DNA of 64,000 nt. It comes from a virus (Duplodnaviria > Heunggongvirae > Uroviricota > Caudoviricetes). How positions within the stretch are numbered: position 1 is the first letter of the stretch; each line of letters starts with the position of its first letter. The notes under the pieces were generated by a model. It had not been told where the DNA came from. It ran no database searches and saw only the letters and a program-made list of their open reading frames with translations. The DNA lies in IMG/VR virus record IMGVR_UViG_3300029705_006930. One strand, given 5' to 3'. This document shows, in pieces, positions 9,640 through 18,797 of this stretch. The position numbers were made by a program, and so were the translations under genes.

Positions 9640-10038
9640 ATGGCAAATTCTATAAATGATGAAAAAGTAGTCAAAGTAGAAATGATAAAAAAATTACCTA
9701 ATCATTTTGCTTATTATAGAACATATACTAATACAATTGATGAAGCACAGAAAATAATGATAACAGATACGTACAATAGTATTTTGTATTGTATGATGAA
9801 TTATAAATCAGCGAGAACTATATTAAAACCGGGAGAAATTCATTGTTATACTTTGCATAACCTTCGTGGAAGTTGGTGTTGGTGTTCCATTGTTTCTAAA
9901 GAAGATGCTAATAATAATCCAGCAACAGAAGTAGATATCCCATCACTTAATCAAGAAGACATTGATAATTATTGGCATATAATATGTAAATTTGTAAAGC
10001 AACATAACAAAGAATTTAAGGAACAAATATTTGGTTAA
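9640..10038 (+). CDS. Hypothetical protein, tandem paralog of 9173..9622
   Basis: YYRTYTNTIDEA versus YYETYTNLIDDA. Confidence 0.55.
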   Translation: MANSINDEKVVKVEMIKKLPNHFAYYRTYTNTIDEAQKIMITDTYNSILYCMMNYKSARTILKPGEIHCYTLHNLRGSWCWCSIVSKEDANNNPATEVDIPSLNQEDIDNYWHIICKFVKQHNKEFKEQIFG

Positions 10039-10041
10039 ATA

Positions 10042-10068
10042 TAGCACTCATACTGAGTGCTCTTTTTA
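10042..10068 (+). terminator. Rho-independent terminator AGCACTCAtactgAGTGCT + TTTTT
   Basis: Perfect hairpin then T-run. Confidence 0.6.
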
Positions 10069-10087
10069 TATAAAAAGGAGGTCAACT

Positions 10088-10339
10088 ATGAAAAATGTAA
10101 TTAGTCCAAACAATCACCTTGGTGATACAGCAGAACAGGCTCTTGCCAATGCAATCATTGTTAAGGCTGCTGAAGACTATCGTGCTGCAAAAACAATCTT
10201 GCAGAAACAGCCGGACAATAAGGGAGCACTGATTGAAATTGACAGTCTGCTGAAATTTTTCCGCAGTGATTGGTTTAAAGTACTCACAAAAGTCAAGGCT
10301 GAATTTCTTATCAGCAAACTTGATGCTGAATTTGCATAA
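10088..10339 (+). CDS. Hypothetical protein
   Basis: RBS AAAGGAGG. Confidence 0.5.
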   Translation: MKNVISPNNHLGDTAEQALANAIIVKAAEDYRAAKTILQKQPDNKGALIEIDSLLKFFRSDWFKVLTKVKAEFLISKLDAEFA

Positions 10340-10481
10340 GGGGGCGGTACCAATGAAAATAAAACGTAAGCTCCTGAGGGCAATCCGCAAAACATACAAA
10401 CACTTGCACTATGCTTTTTGGGATGTATGCAATGCAGACTACTAATGTCACACACAATATGAGCAAAGGGGGAGAATAAAA

Positions 10482-11450
10482 ATGTTCACCAATATGACAG
10501 AGTTTGTGCGAGCGTACAGACAGGGCTGTCGATTTTTATATGCATCATTTGGTTTTGATTTTTCAAAGCCAGTAATTTTTTACAAGACGCGAGGGCCGAT
10601 AACAATTCGCAAACTGGTGCAAAACATTGGCATCTCACACGAGACACATAAAATCGTTATGATAATGCAACAGCCAAATGCAGGACGCACTTGGGAGCGG
10701 AGTCCAAGACTTATAGAAATAAATGCAGAAAACAATTTTGAAATCAATAATTTTAGGCGCAACTATTCTGACCGTCGTATCTCGTATCTGTTTGATAATT
10801 TTAACAGAAAAATAGATGCAAACACTTGGCGTCGTCTAGAAGAAACTATAATTTGGGTTGTAGCTCAACGCAAAGAGCATATTAAAGAAGCACAACCATA
10901 TAGAACACAGCCACAGCCAGAACCATATGTGCGTTATCAGCCGTATACATTGCGCAGTGCTACTAGTTACTCAAGTATAACATTGATACCATATGACAGA
11001 AACAAAGTGTCTGTTTATAAAGGTTTTCAGCCCGGAAAATGGCCACATAAATTGTCAGAAATACAAGACAAAAATGGCTACTACATATATGATATGCGCA
11101 CCAAGTATGCCAACAAAGTAGAAGAAATAAAAGCACAGCGTCGCAAACGCTTGGTTGACAATTATCCCTTTGACGGTATTATTGAAAAGTTTGAAGCTGA
11201 ATATATGGCAGCCAAAAATGAAGTAGCATATTGTATTTTATCGACAGATAACTATACAGTATTGTCTTTAGCTTCGACCGCATTGGGATACATATCATCG
11301 ACGAATAATGCAATCAATACGTTTAAATATCAGGTACAGAAGAAAGTATTCAAAGATATGGACGAAGCCAAACGACGTCGTGCAGATGTTGAAAATAAAA
11401 TAGTTTCGATGAAACGCAGTGTTGCAAATATGCGTTCAACAATGTACTAA
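10482..11450 (+). CDS. Hypothetical protein
   Basis: RBS AAGGGGGAG; 322 aa. Confidence 0.6.
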   Translation: MFTNMTEFVRAYRQGCRFLYASFGFDFSKPVIFYKTRGPITIRKLVQNIGISHETHKIVMIMQQPNAGRTWERSPRLIEINAENNFEINNFRRNYSDRRISYLFDNFNRKIDANTWRRLEETIIWVVAQRKEHIKEAQPYRTQPQPEPYVRYQPYTLRSATSYSSITLIPYDRNKVSVYKGFQPGKWPHKLSEIQDKNGYYIYDMRTKYANKVEEIKAQRRKRLVDNYPFDGIIEKFEAEYMAAKNEVAYCILSTDNYTVLSLASTALGYISSTNNAINTFKYQVQKKVFKDMDEAKRRRADVENKIVSMKRSVANMRSTMY

Positions 11451-11500
11451 AGCGCAAGCTTAAAATAAAAAATTTTATTCACATGAAGGAGAACACAACA

Positions 11501-11866
11501 ATGAATGATTTTATTCAGATGGCAGAAAATCTTATGAGAGAAAATGCTGAACTCAGAGCAGAAAATGCGCGCTATAGAGAGCGCTTGAACGAGGCGCACG
11601 AAGTGACTGCGCCAATTGAACCGCAGAAATGTCTGCGTGATATCATCGCACCACTTGTGGAAAAATACGATGACAAAACAATTCACAATGTAAGCACATT
11701 CCGTCGTGTCTATGAAGAAATGGACATTGACTGGTCGGCTGAAGTTGTGAACTGTATTAAGGCACACAACCTGACACGTATTCCACATAAGGCATACATA
11801 GTAGAAGTTTCACCAGTTTTGACCGCCGAGTTTGAACGCGTGGTGCATTTGCTCTTGGCACAGTAA
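11501..11866 (+). CDS. Hypothetical protein
   Basis: RBS GAAGGAG before the internal ATG. Confidence 0.5.
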   Translation: MNDFIQMAENLMRENAELRAENARYRERLNEAHEVTAPIEPQKCLRDIIAPLVEKYDDKTIHNVSTFRRVYEEMDIDWSAEVVNCIKAHNLTRIPHKAYIVEVSPVLTAEFERVVHLLLAQ

Positions 11867-11914
11867 AGGAGAATACATATGAAAAAGATTTTTTAATTTT
11901 TTAAAAAAAGCTAT

Positions 11915-11942
11915 TGACAAATTGATATGTAAAGTGTATTAT
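11915..11942 (+). promoter_or_regulatory. SigA-type promoter TTGACA-N16/17-TATTAT
   Basis: Directly upstream of the three leader repeats. Confidence 0.55.
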
Positions 11943-11950
11943 GTAGTTGA

Positions 11951-12070
11951 AATAACATACAGCTCATCTTTTTGAGACTGCTTTATTTTTTACAATAATA
12001 ACATACAAATCATCTTTTGTAGCTTTTAATCCTTGATTAAGGAAATATTTTTTTTAAGCAAATAACACAC
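11951..12070 (+). repeat. Three copies of a 21–23 nt motif AATAACATACAAATCATCTTTT in a 5' leader
   Basis: Copies at about 11951, 11996, 12051. Two more copies at 39954 and 40011. Confidence 0.6.
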
Positions 12071-12098
12071 AAATCATCTGTCAAAAGGAGAAATTGCA

Positions 12099-12224
12099 AT
12101 GTTACGTATTGTTAATGATAGGGGACACCTCCTCGCATATTGCGGAAACAAATTTCTTGTTTCGGCAGACAACGAGCGCGAAATGCAAAAAGAACTTGCA
12201 GAGCTCGGTTACACAATGACATAA
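12099..12224 (+). CDS. Small protein (41 aa)
   Basis: RBS AAAAGGAG; below the ORF-track cutoff. Confidence 0.35.
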   Translation: MLRIVNDRGHLLAYCGNKFLVSADNEREMQKELAELGYTMT

Positions 12225-12280
12225 AGGCAAGCCGGCCTTTATATATACAAACACTATTTTTTATAAAAGGAGATTTTAAA

Positions 12281-12727
12281 ATGGCAAAACTTAATCTTAC
12301 AGCAAATGTGCTGTCCCTTGAATCCGCACTTAAACTCGAAGATATCAAAAACGCAATGCGTTGGTGTCCAGATGCTCTCACAGTTATGGACGAAAAAGGC
12401 GAAGAAGAACTCTTCTCTGTTGCTGCAGGTACTTCAAAAGGTTATATCTCACCATACGGCATCACATTTGCTGCTGCAACAGTTCGTGGTGGTAAAGCTT
12501 GCTACACACGCGAAGTTGCACCAGGCACAGAAATGAAAGATATTGCTGAAGTTGTGCTCGCTGAATATGACAAACCAAAAGCATATCTTGAAGTTGTTGA
12601 AGCTCAGGTTGCTGAAGCTCTCGCAAAAGTTGCTGAACGTAGAACAGCTATTATGGCTGAACTTGCTGGCGAATGCGAATGTCCAGACTGCACACCAGAC
12701 TGTCCAACAGCACAGGGCGAAGAATAA
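12281..12727 (+). CDS. Hypothetical protein with strong codon bias and C-terminal Cys cluster
   Basis: RBS AAAAGGAG. Higher GC than neighbours. Followed by an A/C-rich, G-poor leader before the next gene. Confidence 0.6.
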   Translation: MAKLNLTANVLSLESALKLEDIKNAMRWCPDALTVMDEKGEEELFSVAAGTSKGYISPYGITFAAATVRGGKACYTREVAPGTEMKDIAEVVLAEYDKPKAYLEVVEAQVAEALAKVAERRTAIMAELAGECECPDCTPDCPTAQGEE

Positions 12728-12850
12728 TCTTCGCCCAACCTAAACAAACTTATCCGCAATTTAACCCAATATTTTCCATTAACATTAACAAACTTTTAAA
12801 CCGAAATCGTTAACAAACAAACTTAAACACATAAAAGGAGATTAAATATT

Positions 12851-13078
12851 ATGCTTAGAATTTATGTTGGTACAAACACAAACCGTACAGCTTACACACT
12901 TTCCCCAGAAACAACCCTCAGAGCAGCTTTTGAAACTGCAGGCGTGAACTATGAAATGGGTACCGCAACTCTTGATGGTTCCACACTTCAGCCGGGCGAC
13001 CTTGACAAGTCTTTTGCAGACTTCGGCATCACAGGTACAGCTTACCTCCTGAGCATTGTTAAAGCAAACAACGCTTAA
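12851..13078 (+). CDS. Ubiquitin-like beta-grasp protein (ThiS/MoaD-like), non-GG C-terminus
   Basis: 75 aa; MLRIYVG...TLDGSTLQPGD...AYLLSIV pattern resembles ThiS/MoaD. First gene of a Ubl/JAB/E1 operon. Confidence 0.45.
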   Translation: MLRIYVGTNTNRTAYTLSPETTLRAAFETAGVNYEMGTATLDGSTLQPGDLDKSFADFGITGTAYLLSIVKANNA

Positions 13079-13139
13079 TTGATTTTACCTATAGGGGCGG
13101 GAGCAATCCTGCCCCAATCTTTAAAGAGAGGAGCTCAGT

Positions 13140-14540
13140 ATGGCACACACATTTAAAAAATGGATGATAAAAGCCATTCCATATGACAACTTGTTTGACA
13201 TATCGGTGGACTTTGAGAATCCATTCCCGACCGATAATCGTCGCGATGCTACACTCGCGGCTGCATTTCACTGTTTGATTAAAGACAGAATTCCAGAGGG
13301 GGTTAATCGCATTGTAGTGCGTGATATCCACTCATATGACTGCAACGTGAGAGACATTTTTGACTATTATGAGGTTGAAAATGGTTTCAAAAGTTGTATT
13401 TTTTACTACGCAGATTGGGACAATGTGAATCTGCAGAGCAAAATTACATTGCCAAATGAATGGGAAGCTCAGGAAATTGCAAGCAAATTTACTGGATGTT
13501 ATGTTACAAATCACGTATCAAAACAATTGATGGTTATCTTTATTCCGAGCAACTATAACCTTGAAACTTGGCATAGACTTGGTGCATTGTTACCAAAATA
13601 TCCAGTGCTCGAGGATATGTGGGCAGCAAAACCACTTACCGAAGATGAACTCAAGATGTTGAAATCACTGTCAACAGACGGTGTAGATTTTGACACATAT
13701 ATAAAAGCGTGGATTGCGACACTCGACCTGCGCACATCCGCAATCAAAAAAATGTTCAACAAATTCATTATTGATAACATCGAGGAACAGATACGCAATG
13801 CCGAAGATAGACGTAGAAGCCTTGAAAACAATATCACAGACTATGCTGCGAGACTGGCAAGGCTGTATAGCGACCTTGACGGTGTTATTGAAATGATAAA
13901 CCGTCTTATGATAGGTGATGACACTGTTGAAGAAAAAGAAAAGAGACTTATCGAATTCTTGTTAACAAACAAAAATGTTGAGCCAATCAGACGTCGCAAT
14001 GACCGCGTTGAATTCAATGTTCACGCAGCAATTGACTGTTGGGATAACGATATGTTCTCATCTTATATCAATAATCACAACAGTTTATTGTATCGCCATA
14101 CAAGCAGATATTCATATGACCAGTTGAAACGTTTTTATGAGCAGGCATTGTTTGCCGGTCGCTTTAAAATTCAGGGCATTGCTAAATTTGAAATTGCAGC
14201 AACAGGTAATGTGAGACCAATTTCAAAAAATGGGCATTGGCCATCAGCTGAAATCGAAAACTGTATTCCAAATACACATGTGGATAAATTCACTTGTATT
14301 GGTAATCACAGACGTATGCTGGATGATGCTGCAAAAATTCGTGACTATGAACAGGCAATTTTGATTGCTATTCAGATTACACAGTCAGTTAACTGGTCGG
14401 ATGGTGCAGTTATGAATCACTTTATTCCTGAAGTGTTGCACTGTGAACGTCCAATTCTTACAGACAGAACAGGCAATACATACACTGTTGCACAGGTAAT
14501 AAGCATACTTGATGCCGAAATAAAGGAGGTTGAAAAATAA
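13140..14540 (+). CDS. Large hypothetical protein, possible E2-like component
   Basis: Sits in the E2 position of a Ubl-E2-DUB-E1 order. C-terminal PNTHVDKFTCIGN is weakly HPN-Cys-like. E2 assignment is weak. Confidence 0.5.
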   Translation: MAHTFKKWMIKAIPYDNLFDISVDFENPFPTDNRRDATLAAAFHCLIKDRIPEGVNRIVVRDIHSYDCNVRDIFDYYEVENGFKSCIFYYADWDNVNLQSKITLPNEWEAQEIASKFTGCYVTNHVSKQLMVIFIPSNYNLETWHRLGALLPKYPVLEDMWAAKPLTEDELKMLKSLSTDGVDFDTYIKAWIATLDLRTSAIKKMFNKFIIDNIEEQIRNAEDRRRSLENNITDYAARLARLYSDLDGVIEMINRLMIGDDTVEEKEKRLIEFLLTNKNVEPIRRRNDRVEFNVHAAIDCWDNDMFSSYINNHNSLLYRHTSRYSYDQLKRFYEQALFAGRFKIQGIAKFEIAATGNVRPISKNGHWPSAEIENCIPNTHVDKFTCIGNHRRMLDDAAKIRDYEQAILIAIQITQSVNWSDGAVMNHFIPEVLHCERPILTDRTGNTYTVAQVISILDAEIKEVEK

Positions 14541-15475
14541 TGAAACCAATAAGATTGACCGATGATGTAAAAGCGGCTATTCTTGATAAATTTGCAAAAC
14601 AGCTGAGCACGGTTGTACGTGCTTCAACTATTACATTCACACATACGCCAACAGTGGTAAGCACACCGTTAGGCAAAGATGAAAAAGTGCTGATTACTTA
14701 TACAGCAGAAGCATTCCGCAAGCAGCAGATGCTTATTCAGAGTTTTGACAGTGAAGTGGCTTGGCACGGTGTTGTTGAACGTGAAGATGCAAAGCATTTT
14801 ATTATTACAGATATCGTAGTATATCCCCAGACTGTTACCGGCTCAACTGTTGAGATGGACGAAGACAAATATGCTCTTTGGACAATTCAGTTCGGTCGTG
14901 AACACGGCGAAGAAACATTCCAGAAACTGCGTATGCAGGGACATAGCCACGTGAATATGGAATGTTTTGCAAGTGGTACAGACTCTAAACACCAGGATGA
15001 CATCTTGGCAACAACTGACCCAAATGGGTTCTATATTTTCATTATTGCCAATAAAAAAGGCAAATTCTGGAGCACTATTTTCGACCTCGAAGCAAATGTT
15101 CAGTATGAAAATGCTGACATCGAAATCGAGTATGAGGAAGATGAGTACGATGAATTTGTAAGTGCAGCAGAAAGTGTGGTTGTAAAAAAGACTTATACAC
15201 CACCTTACAACTATGGCAATGGCTATCACAACAACGGAGCAGGGTATTCATACGGGGCAAGCGCTTATTCTCAGAAGCCACCTCAGACTCCGCCTATGCC
15301 AGTGCTTCCGACAAATACACAGCCAAAAACAAGCACAAACGAAACAAACACAAAGGCAAACACAAACACAAAAAAGGACGATAAATCCATTGAAGAAGAT
15401 ATCACCAATCTTATTCAGATGTCATTGAACGATATGGAATGGGATGAAGTTGGTGGATGGACAAGCAAAATGTAA
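14540..15475 (+). CDS. JAB/JAMM metallopeptidase (deubiquitinase-like)
   Basis: Upstream Glu (VVERED) then GHSHVNMECFASGTD, i.e. HxHx7Sx2D. Low-complexity Y/G/N/T-rich C-terminal tail. Confidence 0.75.
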   Translation: MKPIRLTDDVKAAILDKFAKQLSTVVRASTITFTHTPTVVSTPLGKDEKVLITYTAEAFRKQQMLIQSFDSEVAWHGVVEREDAKHFIITDIVVYPQTVTGSTVEMDEDKYALWTIQFGREHGEETFQKLRMQGHSHVNMECFASGTDSKHQDDILATTDPNGFYIFIIANKKGKFWSTIFDLEANVQYENADIEIEYEEDEYDEFVSAAESVVVKKTYTPPYNYGNGYHNNGAGYSYGASAYSQKPPQTPPMPVLPTNTQPKTSTNETNTKANTNTKKDDKSIEEDITNLIQMSLNDMEWDEVGGWTSKM

Positions 15476-15484
15476 GGAGAAATT

Positions 15485-16174
15485 ATGGACTTAAGTAAAT
15501 CACTTGACTGGTTTAATCCAGACAGCGTTTCGGAACGCATACATATTATCGGATGCGGTAGTGTAGGTAGTACAGTTGTGGAACTGTTGGCAAGATTCGG
15601 TCTTACAAAGTTCACTCTGTATGATTTTGACCTTGTTGAACCTCACAATATCGCAAACCAGATGTTCAGAAAAACGGACATTGGTAAAACAAAAGTTGAA
15701 GCATTGCAGCAGATTGTATGTGAAATCAATCCAGAGGCGGGCAAAGATATTAAACTTGAACCAGAAGGTTGGCACGGACAGCAGTTGTCTGGCTATGTAG
15801 TTCTTGCTGTTGATAGCATTGAATTGCGTAAAAAGATTTGTGAAGGTTTGCAGATGAATATCTTTGTTAAAGCTGTGTTTGATTTCCGTACAAGTTTGCT
15901 CAACGCACAGCATTATGCAGCCAATTGGCAGGACAAAAAACATCGTGATGACCTCATTGCAACAATGCAGTTCACCGATGAAGAAGCTGCGGCTGAAAAC
16001 CCAGTATCAGCGTGTGGTGTAACACTTGGTGTCGCACCAACAGTAAGACTGATATGCACACTAGGCGTAAGCAATATGATGAACTTTTTCAGAGAAAAGA
16101 AATTGAAAAAAGTTGTATTGGCAGACGCATTTAATTTTGATGCTGACCCTATGGTATTACCTATGGGTCAATAA
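15485..16174 (+). CDS. E1-like ThiF/MoeB-family adenylyltransferase
   Basis: IIGCGSVGSTVVELLARFGL...LYDFDLVEPHNIANQMF, a Rossmann GxGxxG plus D.D.VE.sN..RQ signature. Confidence 0.75.
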   Translation: MDLSKSLDWFNPDSVSERIHIIGCGSVGSTVVELLARFGLTKFTLYDFDLVEPHNIANQMFRKTDIGKTKVEALQQIVCEINPEAGKDIKLEPEGWHGQQLSGYVVLAVDSIELRKKICEGLQMNIFVKAVFDFRTSLLNAQHYAANWQDKKHRDDLIATMQFTDEEAAAENPVSACGVTLGVAPTVRLICTLGVSNMMNFFREKKLKKVVLADAFNFDADPMVLPMGQ

Positions 16175-16199
16175 TACACAATAAGAGAAATGTTTATGG

Positions 16200-16500
16200 T
16201 GAATATTGCACATTGTATGGCAAGCTTTTGCTGTTAGCAGAAGTAAAGAAATGGTAGAGAACATAGAGGCAGGCGCTTAAGGAGCACGCTGAGGTGATTC
16301 CTAAGTACTGCAGCTTCTTGCATCCGACGAGCTCTGAAAAGGTAGGTTTAACAGGAGGATTGGATTACTTACAAGTGAAATTAACCAGTTCAAACCGTAA
16401 AGCTCATCTGAAATTAACGATAAATCCCAGATTTGCATCTCTTTTATCCGGGAATGAAGGGCTTAAAACTATAGCTAGACCATAAACAAGATAGGGAGGA
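16200..16500 (+). ncRNA. Candidate structured non-coding RNA upstream of the RT (contains repeat copy 1)
   Basis: 320 nt gap with repeat TTGCTGTTAGCAGaagtaaaGAAATGGTAGAGAA. An alternative GTG-start 63 aa ORF (16294..16485) with RBS AAGGAG cannot be excluded. Confidence 0.25.
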
Positions 16501-16504
16501 CATT

Positions 16505-17860
16505 ATGGTTTATATCACATATCCAGCACCTAACAAATTTCATCAGATTACATTTGAAGAAATGATGTCGGGCAATGTTAATACAGATAAATTAAGAATT
16601 TTAGGCGGACATAATACGCTTACTTTGCATCTTAACGATGTACCTGCAAACTTAAAAGGTCAGACTTCTGTACGCAAAATGATTGCAGATTTGCAGTATT
16701 TTGTAGGTGTATATTATGACACACTGATGCCACAGATAAAAGAATTTGAGAAGCTTTCAGATGCTCAGCGTCGCAGCGTCAAACAGCGTGACAAGATTGA
16801 AAATTATTTTGAACAGATGGGCGCAACTGCAAATGATGAAGACTTGCAGAAAATCACTGAACAGGTAGATGCGCTGCAGTGTGAAGTTGCAGAACAGCAG
16901 TATAAATATGCTTACTATACATTCGATTTGCGCAAAAGTTCAGCGCCGGAACACATTCCATTGTGGCGACTGCCAAAAGAATACAGACGTACAATCAATG
17001 CTCCGAACATACATCTTAAAAATGCGCTATATGAACTTAAAGAACTGTTTGAAAATATGATGATACGTACATATCATACTGCATCATTTGCGTATGTTAA
17101 ACATCGTGGAACTTTGGATGCTGTAAAACGTCATCAGAGCTGGGAAAGCAAATGGTTTGCAAAGTTTGACTTTTCAGATTTCTTTGGTAGCACAACAATT
17201 GACTTTGTTATGCAACAGTTCTCTCAAATATATCCGTTTAATATGATTTGTGCATATAAAGATGGTAAAGAAGCTCTTTATAAAGCATTGCAGTTGTGTT
17301 TTTTGGACGGTGGACTTCCACAGGGCACACCTATTAGTCCTCTCATCACAAACATAATGATGATACCATTTGACCACGCAATGTCAAAAGCTCTTAAAGA
17401 ATTTAAATATCCAAACAAACACGGTAGTGAACGTTTTGTGTATACAAGATATGCTGATGACCTGCTTATCAGTTGCCGTGTGGATTTTAAAGTGGAAATT
17501 ATTCAGGCATTTATTCTGGAAACTTTAAAATCAATGAATGCGCCTTTTAGCCTTAACGTTAAGAAAACTCGTTACGGTTCTAGTGCAGGTAGCAACTGGA
17601 ATCTTGGGGTGATGCTTAACAAAGACAATAAAATTACAATCGGTGCAGAAAACAAGCGCAGACTTAAAGCTTCTTTGAATTCATTTATCCTTGATATGAA
17701 GAATGAAAAACCTTGGGATATTTCTATGGTGTATAGACTCAGAGGTCAGATTTCTTATTATCGTAATGTGGAAAGGGAAGCAACAAATAACATCATTGCA
17801 GCGATGAACACAAAATATGGTGTTGATGCAGAAGCAATGATGAAATCTATTATAAGTTAA
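16505..17860 (+). CDS. Reverse transcriptase, retron/Abi-like
   Basis: RT motifs FAYVKHRGTLDAV, KFDFSDFFGS, LPQGTPISPLITN, YTRYADDLLIS (YADD). Motif-7 region NLGVMLNKDNKITIGAENKRR aligns to the retron VTGLVIS...IGRE block. Confidence 0.8.
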   Translation: MVYITYPAPNKFHQITFEEMMSGNVNTDKLRILGGHNTLTLHLNDVPANLKGQTSVRKMIADLQYFVGVYYDTLMPQIKEFEKLSDAQRRSVKQRDKIENYFEQMGATANDEDLQKITEQVDALQCEVAEQQYKYAYYTFDLRKSSAPEHIPLWRLPKEYRRTINAPNIHLKNALYELKELFENMMIRTYHTASFAYVKHRGTLDAVKRHQSWESKWFAKFDFSDFFGSTTIDFVMQQFSQIYPFNMICAYKDGKEALYKALQLCFLDGGLPQGTPISPLITNIMMIPFDHAMSKALKEFKYPNKHGSERFVYTRYADDLLISCRVDFKVEIIQAFILETLKSMNAPFSLNVKKTRYGSSAGSNWNLGVMLNKDNKITIGAENKRRLKASLNSFILDMKNEKPWDISMVYRLRGQISYYRNVEREATNNIIAAMNTKYGVDAEAMMKSIIS

Positions 17861-18797
17861 TTTAATTTTTATATATTGAATATCACAGTCATTGTGAAGT
17901 GTTGATGTTATCGGCACTAACGAAATGGTAAGAAAGTATGGCAGGAAGGCCCGCAGGTTCATGATGAAGACGCGTGCGAGCTTACAGCTCCAGCATAAAA
18001 ATTAGAAATGCTGGTACAATGAAAAGGAAGAAAATCATGAACGAAAGCCATACTTTCCAACATCCACAAAACCACGAATTTAAAACGCTTCATTACTCCG
18101 CGACCCTCCGCCAGGAGGGCCCGGGCGCGGTAAAGCGTCAAATAAATAATTGAGAATATATAAAAAAACTTTATTGAATATCTTTAAATTTGTACATAAA
18201 TTTAAGAACTGTTGCTGTTAGCAGCAGTGTCAAACGAACAGGATAAATAAAGAAATACAAATTTCTTTATTTAAATAACTTCTTAGCGTCGTAAGGCGCG
18301 ATGCTCCGACATCGCTCATGACGACGCCAAAGTTATTGAGAATAAAGTTAAAAAAATAATAAGAAAAATAAACAGTGTATATTTGCATAGCAAAGCTATT
18401 GATGTAATCAGTAGTACAGAAATGGTAGGAAAGATTACACGGGACGGTGTCGCCGGTGAGGAGCCACCTCCTTTGCAAACCCCTGCAATATTTCTAAAAC
18501 CTAATTAAAACTATGTCCGAATGGTCAAACATAACAGGAGGACTGAGAAACATCACCTGAAGGATACCAACTGAACCCCCAGTTCAGATGACACGACAGC
18601 TGGAGAAATCTAGACCCATGGGATGGTGATTCAACATTAAATTACAATTCAGACTGTTTATTGCTTTATAGTTTTTGCCAAGCTACGAAAACTCCAAATA
18701 ATGAGTAGTGTGTGACATAAAAGCCAAGCCTCGTCAACTCCCTTTCGGGGCTTGGTAAAGACTATAAAACAAACAATTTAAGTAAAGGAGAATATAT
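17861..18797 (+). ncRNA. About 940 nt structured non-coding region downstream of the RT with three further repeat copies
   Basis: Repeats at 17902–17939, 18212–18224, 18399–18436. GC-rich nested hairpins read at 18097–18140, 18287–18327, 18565–18590 and 18723–18760. Confidence 0.3.

Noticed and set aside
13140-14540. 466 aa protein as a CD-NTase (CBASS-like)
   Set aside because: No GS...[DE]h[DE]h nucleotidyltransferase motif seen; neighbours are Ubl, JAB and E1, not an effector and cyclase.
16305-16455. 53-codon stop-free stretch on the minus strand upstream of the RT (DRT2-like neo template?)
   Set aside because: Length is within chance expectation, with no start codon. Cannot be distinguished from noise without cDNA data.
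16175-18797. RT as part of a group II intron
   Set aside because: No GUGYG 5' end, no domain V/VI-like hairpin, only 320 nt upstream of the ORF, and no X/maturase domain signature.
16175-18797. Diversity-generating retroelement (TR/VR repeats)
   Set aside because: RT motif 4 is QGxxxSP (not the DGR IGxxxSQ type). Repeats are about 38 bp, non-coding, and not adenine-specific variants of a target gene 3' end.
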